DNA of 64,000 nt from an uncultured Candidatus Saccharibacteria bacterium (GCA_964617735.1 CAZTXT010000001.1:395589-459588); one strand, 5' to 3'. Positions 28,554 through 37,977 are shown, counted from the first letter of the stretch. A program made the numbers and translations. The notes: a model not told the origin generated them from the sequence alone.

Positions 28554-29420
28554 TCAAGCCAATCGAATCTCACCCGAAGTCTCTTTGATAAGTCCTTTTA
28601 TCTCGAGCACCGAGAGGGTCGTATTCGCTTCGCTTGTTGAAAGACTGGACTGACGGATGAGCTCATCGCGCGGCAGAGGCTCTTTCAAGAGTTCAAGCAA
28701 GATTCTCTCTATCGGTGAACAACTTGCGTAGTCGCGTTCAGAGACGGCTGTTTCTTTTGCTGCAAAACCTAGCGCATCTAGTATCTCCGCAGAGTTCGTT
28801 ATTGGCGTTGCGCCTTGCCGGAGAAGGAAATTCGGTCCTTCGGAGTTCATGGAGAAGACAGAACCGGGCACGGCGAATACATCGCGGTTGTATTCGGTGG
28901 CAAGGCGCGAGGTTATCATCGTTCCCGATTTCTTCTCCGCTTCTATGACGAGCACGGCGTGCGATACGCCGGCCATGATGCGATTTCTCTGGGGAAAGGC
29001 GTACGGTGTTGCCTTGAAGCCAGGCTCAAACTCCGAAAAGAGCGCACCACCCGCCTTCACGATCTGTTTTGCGAGTTGCAGATGCGACGCGGGATAGAGC
29101 ACGTTCCAGTCCAAACCGGAACCAGGAAAGGCAAGCGTTGTGAGTCCAGCCGCGAGTGCGGCTTTATGAGCGATGGAGTCAATGCCCAGCGCGAGGCCAG
29201 AGACTAGGGTGATAGGGTATCCTCTAAGACCTGCAATGAGTTTCTCGCACGCTTCTTTTCCGTAGTTGGAATATTTTCGCGCGCCGACGACGGCCAGGAA
29301 TTTATTTTCGTTCCAGTGGGGAAGTTCTCCGCGATAGTAGAGCTGTCGGGGTGGTTCGGGAATTTCCCGCAGTCGTTCGGGAAAGTCCGACAGGGAAAGG
29401 GTTTTGATATCATCCTTCAT
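28554..29420 (-). CDS. dprA: DNA processing protein DprA/Smf (Rossmann-like SLOG domain + C-terminal wHTH)
   Basis: LAVVGARKYSNYG, LVSGLALGIDSIAHKAAL, VLVIEAEKKSGTMITSRLATEYNRDVFAVPG; start MKDDIKT chosen (alternative 29582). Confidence 0.8.
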   Translation of the reverse strand: MKDDIKTLSLSDFPERLREIPEPPRQLYYRGELPHWNENKFLAVVGARKYSNYGKEACEKLIAGLRGYPITLVSGLALGIDSIAHKAALAAGLTTLAFPGSGLDWNVLYPASHLQLAKQIVKAGGALFSEFEPGFKATPYAFPQRNRIMAGVSHAVLVIEAEKKSGTMITSRLATEYNRDVFAVPGSVFSMNSEGPNFLLRQGATPITNSAEILDALGFAAKETAVSERDYASCSPIERILLELLKEPLPRDELIRQSSLSTSEANTTLSVLEIKGLIKETSGEIRLA

Positions 29421-29541
29421 GTTTATGAATAGCTTATATAGTACCAGAATGAGCGCACCACAAGAGAAGCGCTCTGCACAGGTCTCCGAGCCTTTCCTAA
29501 AGTGAGCTGATGTTCTACTATATAGGTCAGCAAATGTTCTT

Positions 29542-29730
29542 ATGCCTCGATTAAGAAACATCTCATCAGAAACAGTAGACAATCGTCTGCGCCGCCAGTT
29601 CGAACAGATCCGAGCCGCGCAGGAAATGGAGGAAGCGGAAGCCGAACCAACAGCATCCGCGCCGACCAGGGCCTCTGCCCATGAGCCCCATGTTGCCCAC
29701 TACTTCGATCCGGCACTGCATATGGATTGA
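29542..29730 (+). CDS. Small hypothetical protein (62 aa)
   Basis: Plus-strand terminator gcggagc-attcccag-ctccgc + TTTTTTT at 29753..29790 implies a plus-strand transcript ending here. Confidence 0.3.
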   Translation: MPRLRNISSETVDNRLRRQFEQIRAAQEMEEAEAEPTASAPTRASAHEPHVAHYFDPALHMD

Positions 29731-29831
29731 ATTGAGCGCCCGGTATATCCACGGCGGAGCATTCCCAGCTCCGCTTTTTTTATTCCGCCGATTTTGTTAT
29801 TCTTTTATCTATATATCCTAGTGAGCACTCT

Positions 29832-31100
29832 GTGTTAGATATCAAATTTATCCGGGAGAATAGTGAACTTATCGATCTGGCCGCCAAAAAGAAGCGGATA
29901 AAATTCGACGTGAAGAGTCTTGTAAAGATTGACGACGAGCGCCGCGCCCTCCTCACCTCCATCGAGAAGAAGCGCGCGGAGCAAAACGAGTTCTCCGGAA
30001 CTATCGCCAAGACGCCGGCGGGCGCGGCGCGGGACGTCCTCCTCTCGAAAATGAAATCGCTCAAAGAGGCAATGCAGGTTGAAGAGGAGAAACTCGCCGA
30101 AGTGATGAAGAAATGGCGGAGACTGATGCTCGATGTGCCGAACATTCCGGATATGTCCGTACCTGATGGCGAGAACGACGAACAGAACCAAGAGCTTCGC
30201 ACGTGGGGGAAAAAGACCGCGTTCGATTTCGAACCGAAGAACCACATCCAGCTCGCCGAGGCGCTCGACCTTGCCGATTTCGAGCGCGGCGCTGAAGTCT
30301 CCGGCTTCCGCGGCTATTTCCTCAAGAATGAGGGAGCGCTGCTGCAATTCGCACTCTTCCATTTCATCACCGCATTCTTCCGCACGAAGAAATTCACGCC
30401 GCTGATCGTACCTTCGCTGGTGCGACGCGACACCTTGCTCGGCACCGGCTATCTGCCCCAGGGTGAGGAAGACCTCTATCATACGCAGGACAATGATTAC
30501 CTCGCGGGTACGGGCGAGGTCGCGACGATGGCTTATTTTGCCGACAAGGTACTCTCCAAACAGGACCTACCGCAGAAGCTGCTCGCTTTCTCCGATTGTT
30601 TCCGCCGCGAGGCAGGGAGCCATGGCAAAGACACCAAAGGGCTTATGCGAGTGCATGAGTTCTACAAGTTCGAACAAGTCGTCCTCTGTGAAGCTTCTCA
30701 TGAGATCAGCGTTAGTTTCCACGAAGAGCTGCTCTCGAATGCCGAAGCCCTTATGCAGGCGCTCGAGATCCCGTATCGCGTTGTCGTCAACTGCACGGGA
30801 GATCTTGGTCAGGGTCAGGTAAAGAAATACGACATCGAAGCGTGGGTGCCTTCGGAGAAGAGATACCGCGAAACGCATTCATGTTCGTATTTCCATGACT
30901 TCCAAACGCGCCGCCTCAATATAAAGTACAAAGACGAAGAAGGGAAAGCGCGCTTCGCGCACTCGCTCAACAACACCGGCCTTGCCCTGCCGCGCATTCT
31001 CATTCCGATACTTGAGAACAACCAGCAGGCTGATGGCTCCATTAAGATTCCCAAGGTGCTGGTTGAATACCTGGGAATGGATCGGATCGGTTTGCACTAG
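29832..31100 (+). CDS. serS: Seryl-tRNA synthetase
   Basis: GTG start; N-terminal coiled coil MLDIKFIREN, class II motifs (FRRE, GLMRVHEF, TGLALPR). Confidence 0.9.
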   Translation: MLDIKFIRENSELIDLAAKKKRIKFDVKSLVKIDDERRALLTSIEKKRAEQNEFSGTIAKTPAGAARDVLLSKMKSLKEAMQVEEEKLAEVMKKWRRLMLDVPNIPDMSVPDGENDEQNQELRTWGKKTAFDFEPKNHIQLAEALDLADFERGAEVSGFRGYFLKNEGALLQFALFHFITAFFRTKKFTPLIVPSLVRRDTLLGTGYLPQGEEDLYHTQDNDYLAGTGEVATMAYFADKVLSKQDLPQKLLAFSDCFRREAGSHGKDTKGLMRVHEFYKFEQVVLCEASHEISVSFHEELLSNAEALMQALEIPYRVVVNCTGDLGQGQVKKYDIEAWVPSEKRYRETHSCSYFHDFQTRRLNIKYKDEEGKARFAHSLNNTGLALPRILIPILENNQQADGSIKIPKVLVEYLGMDRIGLH

Positions 31101-31110
31101 ACGCACTCTC

Positions 31111-31968
31111 ATGCCGGATCTCTTTGGGAGACAGTTTCGTTCGCGGCCGGGTCGTCTCGCACGCCGCCGGCGGGAGAAGGTCTTGCTCTACATCGTGCTC
31201 TACAGCGCGTTCCTCTTTGCATTTGTCGGGTTACTCTCCTATCTCTCCTTTCGACCGGAATACCGCATCGAAGAGATACGAGTCGAGGGCAATCGGCTCA
31301 TCCCTGCGCGCGCGCTTGTAGAAGAGAGCGCGAAGGTTCTTGACGGAGCGTATGGTGGTCTCTTCTCGCGGCGCAATCGTTTCATTTATCCGAGTGGTGC
31401 GCTCGCCAAGCATCTGTACGCGTCTTTTTTCGCCCTGCGTAATCTTTCTCTGCAGGCGGTATCACCGAACCTTCTTGCTATCACGGTTACTGAACGCAAG
31501 CCCATAGCTTTGTGGTGCGCGGGAATGGAGTCGGTGGGTGAGCAGGTAAGCCCGTGTTATTTTTTGGACGAGGACGGGCTTTTGTTCGCAGCCTCCCCGG
31601 ATATATCCCCCGGCGTCTATCGACGTTTCTTCGGTTCGATTTCTTCGAGCACTCCGGCGGTCGGGGAGACGGTCATGGCGCCGGATGTGTTCAGAGAGCT
31701 CAACTTGTTTTTGGATTCGCTCGGTACATTCGATCTCACTCCGTCTGCGGTGACGTTCATTCCCAATCCCGGGGGCAATCTCGACTATTCGATCGAAGTC
31801 GGAGGCGGGGCGCGGCTTCTCATCAGCGGGACTCGGCGTCTTCAAGAGACATTGAGCGACATCACGGCTTTTTTCAATGACCCAGAGATCTTAGGGAGTA
31901 GGAAGCAGTTCATCAGTCGGCTCGACTACATCGATTTTCGGTTCGCGAACAAAGTCTATTACAAATAA
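31111..31968 (+). CDS. ftsQ: Cell division protein FtsQ/DivIB-like (TM + POTRA)
   Basis: Arg-rich N-terminus, one TM, POTRA-like YRIEEIRVEGNRLIPARAL. Confidence 0.6.
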   Translation: MPDLFGRQFRSRPGRLARRRREKVLLYIVLYSAFLFAFVGLLSYLSFRPEYRIEEIRVEGNRLIPARALVEESAKVLDGAYGGLFSRRNRFIYPSGALAKHLYASFFALRNLSLQAVSPNLLAITVTERKPIALWCAGMESVGEQVSPCYFLDEDGLLFAASPDISPGVYRRFFGSISSSTPAVGETVMAPDVFRELNLFLDSLGTFDLTPSAVTFIPNPGGNLDYSIEVGGGARLLISGTRRLQETLSDITAFFNDPEILGSRKQFISRLDYIDFRFANKVYYK

Positions 31969-32045
31969 AATTGAATTGACCCGGTGAACCTCGGGCGGTC
32001 TTAAACAGAAAGATATTCACTTAGGGTCCGATTGCACCCTCTAAA

Positions 32046-32051
32046 TCGGCT
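32046..32051 (+). promoter_or_regulatory. Perfect TATAAT -10 box only about 11 nt before the ATG of 32063 (near-leaderless)
   Basis: ggcTATAATtatctgATG. Confidence 0.3.
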
Positions 32052-32062
32052 ATAATTATCTG

Positions 32063-32452
32063 ATGAGTTATTTCTTCATCCTGCCGAGCTACCTGACCTG
32101 GCATTATTCGGAAGCCTTCAAAGATATTACGAGGGTGTGGACCAATTTCCTTTGGTTCATCTTCAATTTCTTCTCCATCACGATCCTTCTAAAGACCTTC
32201 TTCTCGCCATGGCGGCGCATTCAGGAGGGGCGCACGAAAGAAGGATTCCATCCGGAAGATATCGCGGAAGCGTTCGTGACTACGACGGTCATGCGCATCA
32301 TCGGCATGATGCTGCGCAGCTTTATCATCATCGTCGGGCTTTTGGTTACGCTCGCGGTCTTCTGGGGCGGATTGTTGTTCTATGCGGTCTGGATGCTCTT
32401 GCCGGTGTTGGTCCCTGTTTCGTTTATCTATGGTTTATCGCTCTTGGTATGA
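32063..32452 (+). CDS. Small 4-TM membrane protein, translationally coupled to the downstream Clp-like ATPase
   Basis: 129 aa; its stop TGA overlaps the next ATG (tATGA at 32449..32452). Confidence 0.55.
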   Translation: MSYFFILPSYLTWHYSEAFKDITRVWTNFLWFIFNFFSITILLKTFFSPWRRIQEGRTKEGFHPEDIAEAFVTTTVMRIIGMMLRSFIIIVGLLVTLAVFWGGLLFYAVWMLLPVLVPVSFIYGLSLLV

Positions 32453-34923
32453 CGTATGCAGAATTGAAAAACGCGACTGCTGACTTCAATCCCGCTATCG
32501 CCGCGGACCATGTCTTTCCGCGCACCCTGCGCGAGCGGCTACTCGCGGCGTTCTCCGTACTCTGTTTTATCACCGGAGCGGTCGGGCTGCTCTCCGTTTT
32601 TCCTGCACTGATGCATGTCTTGGTGAGCGTCTATCCCGCTGCCGCTTCGATCACCACTGCTGTCGGCGGCGTATTCTTCATCATGCTTCCGTTCCTGCTA
32701 CTTATTTTTATGGTGCACACGTTCGTCAACGCGTATTACTTTCGTGGTTTCGATCACGTGCATGTGCTCGGCGAGCGGCTGCCGACGGCGGGACTGCGGG
32801 TGAGCTTTGAGGTCGCGCTGTTCTGCTTCGGCGCCAATGAGAGCGATCTGACCGATTCTTTCATCAGATTTTCCTATGGGGGTCTGATGTTTTTGCGCGC
32901 AGGGCTCACCGCCCAGGATCTTGGAGGATTCTTGCAGAATAGGACAGGAAGGCTCGACCCGGCGCAGTTTTCCGTTACACCCTCCGATCCTGATGCGCTG
33001 CGGGTATTTGATCTGGCGCTGGCGATCTATCGCGAGGATAAGGAATTATCCGATTTTTTATTCGCGCACGGTGTGCAAGAGAAGAATTTCGTCGAAGCCG
33101 CGCAGTGGGTCTCGCGGGACATGCTCACCTACAAAAAGCGCGCTCGTTGGTGGTCGCGCGACAATCTCGGCCGTGTCGAAGGCATCGCGAAAGATTGGTC
33201 CTACGGAACGGCCTATCGCTTGCGCCGCTATGCATACGATCTGACCAAAGACCGCCTCTCGCCGCTCTCAACGAAGCCCAAATACATCCGCGACGAAGTC
33301 GAACGCATCGAGGCGGCTCTTTCAAAGCGCAAAGAGGCGAATGCGCTTATCGTCGGCGAGGATGGCGGCAGCAAGATGGAGGTTTTGCGCGGGTTCACTT
33401 CAGCGATACAGGAAGGAACGATCTTTCCGGCGCTTGAGCACAAAAAGGTATATCTATTCGACGCGAATCGTCTTATCTCGGATACGGGGGAAAAGACCCG
33501 GTTCGAGCACGAACTTATCAGGCTCCTCGATGAAGCAGCCGCTTCGGGAAATGTCATCATGGCGATCGTTGATTTTCCGGCGCTCATGGAGAGCGCAAGC
33601 AAACTGGGTTCCGGAGTGGTAGGACTTCTCTCTCCCTATCTCGACAGCGCAGCCCTACAGTTCATCTGCCTGGCGAGCCCGATGCCGTTCCATCAGGTGA
33701 TCGAGACGGATGGAACCCTTTCGGCGAAATTCGATACCATCATACTCGCCGAAGGCGAATCGCTCGACATTCTCCAGACCCTGCAGGATGAAGCGTCGGA
33801 CATCGAAGCGCGCTACCGTCTCTCTATCTCACAACCGGTGCTGTCGCTTGTTGCAGAGAGCGCCGATCGCTATGTCACCGAGGGAATGATGCCCGATAAA
33901 GCGATCGATCTTCTCAACGAAATAGCCGCGAAGGCGGTCCAGGAGGGCAAGCGCATCCTTACCCGGGAAGAGGTGCTTTCGTTCGTGAAAGCCAAGACCG
34001 GCATTCCGACCGGCAGTGTGACGAGCGAAGAGAAGCAAAAGCTCGTGAAGCTCGAGGAGTTATTACATCAACGGGTCATTGGGCAGGACGAAGCCGTGAA
34101 TGCCATTGCGAATGCGATGCGGCGCTCCCGTGCGGGCGTCGGGAACCCGAATCGTCCGATGGGGTCGTTCCTTTTCATGGGGCCGACCGGTGTGGGGAAG
34201 ACCGAGACGACGAAAGCGCTCGCACAAGCCTTCTTCGGTGACGAAAATCGTATTTTGCGCCTTGATATGTCCGAGTATACGTCTGCCGACGCGCTCTCCA
34301 AGCTCATCGGCTCGTTCCAAACCAATACTCCCGGCGTGTTGACCTCGCTTTTGCGCGAAAAGCCGTATGGCGTGCTTTTGCTCGACGAATTCGAGAAGAC
34401 GACGAGAGAGGTGATGGATCTCTTTCTGCAGGTGCTCGACGAGGGAATGTTCTCTGATATGCACGGCAAGCGGGTGAATGCGCGCAATCTCATTATCATT
34501 GCAACGTCGAATGCCGGCAGCGAGATGATCTTTGAATATCTCAAGCGTGGCGAGGACATTGCGCAAAAGCGTAATGAGATCATCGAGGCGGTCATAGCGC
34601 AGGGAATATTCCGCCCCGAATTTCTCAATCGCTTCGACGGCGTCATCCTTTTCCATCCGATCGATGTCGAGCGATTGCGCGAGGTGGCGCGGCTTATGCT
34701 CGAGCGCTTCCGCTCCCGCATTCGCGCGCGTGGCATTGATCTTGAAGTCACCGATGATCTGGTGAATTACCTGATGAAATTCGGCTCTGATCCGAAATTC
34801 GGCGCGCGTCCGATGAACCGCGCGATACAAGACATCGTCGAGCAGAAGATCGCCGACAAGATCATCAAGGGAGAGATCATGCCGGGACAAAAAATTCGGC
34901 TAACCGAGACTGATCTTACCTAG
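32449..34923 (+). CDS. Membrane-anchored Hsp100/Clp-family AAA+ protein with degenerate first AAA domain and intact second AAA domain
   Basis: Start MTYAELK is in frame inside ORF 32137..34923; N-terminal TM helices; D1 Walker A GEDGGSKM and Walker B IVDF degenerate; D2 [25 protein letters not shown], sensor ARPMNR intact; no ClpB M-domain and no obvious IGF loop. Confidence 0.7.
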   Translation: MTYAELKNATADFNPAIAADHVFPRTLRERLLAAFSVLCFITGAVGLLSVFPALMHVLVSVYPAAASITTAVGGVFFIMLPFLLLIFMVHTFVNAYYFRGFDHVHVLGERLPTAGLRVSFEVALFCFGANESDLTDSFIRFSYGGLMFLRAGLTAQDLGGFLQNRTGRLDPAQFSVTPSDPDALRVFDLALAIYREDKELSDFLFAHGVQEKNFVEAAQWVSRDMLTYKKRARWWSRDNLGRVEGIAKDWSYGTAYRLRRYAYDLTKDRLSPLSTKPKYIRDEVERIEAALSKRKEANALIVGEDGGSKMEVLRGFTSAIQEGTIFPALEHKKVYLFDANRLISDTGEKTRFEHELIRLLDEAAASGNVIMAIVDFPALMESASKLGSGVVGLLSPYLDSAALQFICLASPMPFHQVIETDGTLSAKFDTIILAEGESLDILQTLQDEASDIEARYRLSISQPVLSLVAESADRYVTEGMMPDKAIDLLNEIAAKAVQEGKRILTREEVLSFVKAKTGIPTGSVTSEEKQKLVKLEELLHQRVIGQDEAVNAIANAMRRSRAGVGNPNRPMGSFLFMGPTGVGKTETTKALAQAFFGDENRILRLDMSEYTSADALSKLIGSFQTNTPGVLTSLLREKPYGVLLLDEFEKTTREVMDLFLQVLDEGMFSDMHGKRVNARNLIIIATSNAGSEMIFEYLKRGEDIAQKRNEIIEAVIAQGIFRPEFLNRFDGVILFHPIDVERLREVARLMLERFRSRIRARGIDLEVTDDLVNYLMKFGSDPKFGARPMNRAIQDIVEQKIADKIIKGEIMPGQKIRLTETDLT

Positions 34924-35011
34924 CATCTTTCGATTGACAGTTGATCGAGGGCCGATATATCATAGAGTTCAAGCATGGTCCGACAAAACGTAAGCTTTTA
35001 TTTCTTCTTTT

Positions 35012-35095
35012 TTGAGGACTCTCGTTGAGAGCTGATTTTTGCGGTACTAAGAACTAGACTTCAAAAATGGGCTCTCAACGGAGCCCATTTTGATT
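35012..35095 (+). terminator. Two tandem hairpin terminators after the Clp-like gene
   Basis: ctctc-gtt-gagag + GATTTTTG and gggctc-tcaacg-gagccc + ATTTTGATTT. Confidence 0.45.
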
Positions 35096-35158
35096 TCGCG
35101 CTTCCGGGTGGAAGAGGGCGAGCGCAGTTCTTCGTAGCATAGATATAGAGCATGTGAT

Positions 35159-35416
35159 ATGAAAACGAATGGCAAAAGAAAGGTTAGCCTGCTTCAGCGC
35201 GGGACATGGGTATTCCTGAAGTCCGAGTTCGTCAATGGCGCTAGTAAGCCAAAGGATAAAAGAACCTATCCCGCAGGAACGCGCGGATTCGTAAAGTCCA
35301 GTTTCCGCGATGGACTCGAGCTCATCATGGATGACCCGCCAGGAGTCACGTATTCCCGGAAAGATATCTGGGCGGATCGTCGCACTATAAGCACCACGCG
35401 CATCGTCGCCGCGTAG
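35159..35416 (+). CDS. Small hypothetical protein (85 aa)
   Basis: ORF only. Confidence 0.3.
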   Translation: MKTNGKRKVSLLQRGTWVFLKSEFVNGASKPKDKRTYPAGTRGFVKSSFRDGLELIMDDPPGVTYSRKDIWADRRTISTTRIVAA

Positions 35417-35491
35417 CGAAACAGAAGAGCCGAGAGAAATTCTCTCGGCTCTTTATTTGTCTCACCACGGGGCTTTTGTTAAGGTGAGACG

Positions 35492-36448
35492 ATGCATAAG
35501 GGATTTTGGGGCAAGCTCAAGAAACCGATACTGGCGCTCGCGCCAATGGCCGATGTCACCGATGCGGCATTCCGCGCGATCATCGCGAAGTACGGAAAGC
35601 CGGATATCATGTTCACCGAGTTTACCTCGGCGGATGGGCTCTGTTCGGCAGGGAAAGAGAAACTCTTGGTGAATTTGAGCTATTCAGAGGCCGAGCGGCC
35701 CATCGTCGCACAGCTTTTCTCTGCAAGACCGGATAAGATGTTCGAAGCCGCGCAGCTCGTACACTCGCTTGGCTTTGACGGCCTTGATATTAATATGGGT
35801 TGCCCCGACCGTGGTGTCTGCAAACAAGGGGCCGGCGGTGCGCTTATCAAAAAGCCAGAACTTGCGGTCGAGATCATCCGTGCCGCTCAAGAGGGGGCAG
35901 GGAATTTACCTGTCTCGGTCAAGACGCGCATCGGTTACAGCAGAGATGAGCTTGCAGCATGGCTACCGGCACTTCTCGAGACTGAACCGGCCGCCATAAC
36001 GATTCATGCGCGAACAGTAAAAGAGCTGTCAAAAGTACCGGCACGCTGGAGTCATGTGGCGGAAGCAGTGCGAATCCGGGATTCGTTTAAGAGCAAAACA
36101 TATATCCTCGGCAACGGCGATCTGCTCGACCTTGATGATGCAAAAAAGAAAGTTCACGAGACTAATGCTGACGGTGCGATGCTCGGGCGAGCGATTTTCG
36201 GCAACCCGTGGCTTTTTTCCGGGAGGACGCCGCTCATCCCTGAAAAACTCAAGGTACTAGAGGAGCATATAGACCTATTCGGCAACTATTTCAGGGGCAA
36301 AAAGAATTTCGGGCTTATGAAAAAGCACTTCAAGGCTTATATTTCTGGTTTTGATGGTGCGAAAGAACTTAGGAATGAGCTTATGAAGTGTGAGGACTCG
36401 AAGCAGGTAAAACGAAGAATCGAGGTTTGGATAAGTGCCTCTAAATAA
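35492..36448 (+). CDS. dus: tRNA-dihydrouridine synthase
   Basis: LAPMADVTDAAFR, INMGCP, TIM-barrel Dus pattern. Confidence 0.8.
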   Translation: MHKGFWGKLKKPILALAPMADVTDAAFRAIIAKYGKPDIMFTEFTSADGLCSAGKEKLLVNLSYSEAERPIVAQLFSARPDKMFEAAQLVHSLGFDGLDINMGCPDRGVCKQGAGGALIKKPELAVEIIRAAQEGAGNLPVSVKTRIGYSRDELAAWLPALLETEPAAITIHARTVKELSKVPARWSHVAEAVRIRDSFKSKTYILGNGDLLDLDDAKKKVHETNADGAMLGRAIFGNPWLFSGRTPLIPEKLKVLEEHIDLFGNYFRGKKNFGLMKKHFKAYISGFDGAKELRNELMKCEDSKQVKRRIEVWISASK

Positions 36449-36477
36449 GGACTTTTCAGGATTTTAACGATGAATTA

Positions 36478-36506
36478 TTGACACAATCGTGTATATATGC
36501 TACTGT
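36478..36506 (+). promoter_or_regulatory. Sigma-70-like promoter TTGACA-N17-TACTGT with TG extension
   Basis: ttgacacaatcgtgtatatatgctactgt. Confidence 0.4.
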
Positions 36507-36509
36507 GGT

Positions 36510-36832
36510 GAGCGGACAGCTGTAAACACCAACTATCTCATGCACCCCTCGCAATTTGGCTAACTACGCATCCAGGAATTGAATCCTGAATCACATCTCG
36601 TATACCGCTCCGATCTATGTCGGGGCGGTTTTTGATGTCACAGTTCGCTTCGCCCATCTATCTTCTTTTCCCCAGTCCCACTTGAAATGAGATAAGTGTG
36701 GTTTACAATGCAGGCAGGCATCACCTAAATGCCGCAAAGAAAGACAACATGAAAATAATTGCTTTATGCGTGTAAAGGAGGTGATCTAATATCTAGGACG
36801 GCGATCGGGGTTCTCCTGATCGCCGTTTCTTT
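36510..36832 (+). ncRNA. Candidate ~320-nt noncoding RNA (possibly SRP/4.5S-type by position upstream of dnaX; identity unverified)
   Basis: No ORF >25 codons; bracketed by the promoter above and terminator ggcgatc-ggggttctcct-gatcgcc + GTTTCTTTTT (36797..36832); contains AAGGAGGTGATC at 36775..36786. Confidence 0.3.
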
Positions 36833-36868
36833 TTGGTCGGATACGGAAAGCTCTGTTATACTTTGTGT

Positions 36869-37918
36869 ATGAAAGAGGGTGAATTGGCTCTGTATCGCAA
36901 GTATCGGCCTTCGAGCTTCAAAGAAGTCTTGGGTCAGGAACATGTGACGAACGTCCTTGAAGGCGCTATCGCGCTCGGCCGCATCTCCCATGCGTATCTC
37001 TTCGCTGGCTCGCGGGGAACCGGCAAGACATCGGTTGCCCGCATTTTCGCTAAGGCTCTTGGCACTGGTACAGAAGATATCTACGAGATCGACGCGGCGT
37101 CCAATACCGGCGTTGACGATGTTCGCGCCCTCACTGAATCAGTCAATGTCTTACCGTTTAGATCAACGTACAAAGTCTACATCGTTGACGAAGTGCACAT
37201 GCTCTCCAAGCAGGCATTCAACGCGCTCCTCAAAACCCTCGAAGAGCCGCCGGCGCACGTTATTTTTATTTTAGCGACCACCGAAGTCGAGAAACTGCCC
37301 GAGACCGTCGTATCGCGCTGTCAAGTGTTCACGTTCCGGCGTCCCGCGCAGACGACGCTCGCTGCGGTAGTCAGTAGCACCGCGAAGAAGGAAGGTTTCT
37401 CGTTAGAGGGTTCTTCAGCCGACCTCATCGCGCTTTTAGCCGATGGAAGTTTCCGCGATGCGCAGGGGATTTTGCAGAAAGTCATTACGGCTTCTTCCGA
37501 CAAAAAAGTCTCGATCGAAGAGGTGGAGATGGTAACCGGCGCGCCCCGGGGCGCAGTCATCAATGATCTCATCGCCGCCATCCATGATCGCACGCTCGAT
37601 GCTGCGCTTTTGCTCGTCTCAAAAGTCGCCCGGCAGAATACCGATGCGAAAGTCTTTTTGAAACTGCTCCTGCGCAAAGTCCGTTTTATCCTCTTGTTGC
37701 GGTACGCGCCGGGTATGAAAGAGAAGATACGCTCCGAGCTTTCAGCGGAAGACGCGGCATTCATCGCGCCGTTCTCGAACGATCGCAATTCGCCCGTCAA
37801 CGAGCAGGCACTTTTGCTATTGCTTGAGGCGTACGATGCGGTGGGGCGCTCTTATGTTCCCGAACTGCCCCTTGAACTCGCGCTCATCAAACTCTTAGGA
37901 TCTGGCAGTAGCGCGTAG
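36869..37918 (+). CDS. dnaX: DNA polymerase III gamma subunit (short DnaX, domains I-III only)
   Basis: [24 protein letters not shown] Walker A, DEVHML, SRC motif (VSRCQVF); 350 aa with no tau C-terminal domains. Confidence 0.85.
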   Translation: MKEGELALYRKYRPSSFKEVLGQEHVTNVLEGAIALGRISHAYLFAGSRGTGKTSVARIFAKALGTGTEDIYEIDAASNTGVDDVRALTESVNVLPFRSTYKVYIVDEVHMLSKQAFNALLKTLEEPPAHVIFILATTEVEKLPETVVSRCQVFTFRRPAQTTLAAVVSSTAKKEGFSLEGSSADLIALLADGSFRDAQGILQKVITASSDKKVSIEEVEMVTGAPRGAVINDLIAAIHDRTLDAALLLVSKVARQNTDAKVFLKLLLRKVRFILLLRYAPGMKEKIRSELSAEDAAFIAPFSNDRNSPVNEQALLLLLEAYDAVGRSYVPELPLELALIKLLGSGSSA

Positions 37919-37977
37919 TCTCCCAATTTACTTTACACACCCGAGATTATAAGCTATACGCTATAGGCGTTTTATAG

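Noticed and set aside
27941-28573. Single 210-aa gene spanning the whole minus-strand ORF
   Set aside because: Contains an intrinsic terminator and two separate SD-ATG starts; split into leader ORF + small gene (still uncertain).
32137-32448. N-terminal 104-codon extension of the Clp-like ORF
   Set aside because: Overlaps the 4-TM gene in another frame with junk composition; ATGA-coupled start at 32449 is preferred.
34063-34890. 275- and 227-aa minus-strand ORFs
   Set aside because: Antisense within the D2 AAA domain of the Clp-like gene; typical GC-rich shadow ORFs.
36775-36786. AAGGAGGTGATC, the exact complement of the 16S rRNA 3' end, which could mean a 16S gene end on the minus strand
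   Set aside because: The minus-strand sequence upstream lacks the conserved GCGGCTGGATCACCTCCTT context, and the adjacent DNA is dnaX coding sequence. Kept only as a feature of the candidate ncRNA.
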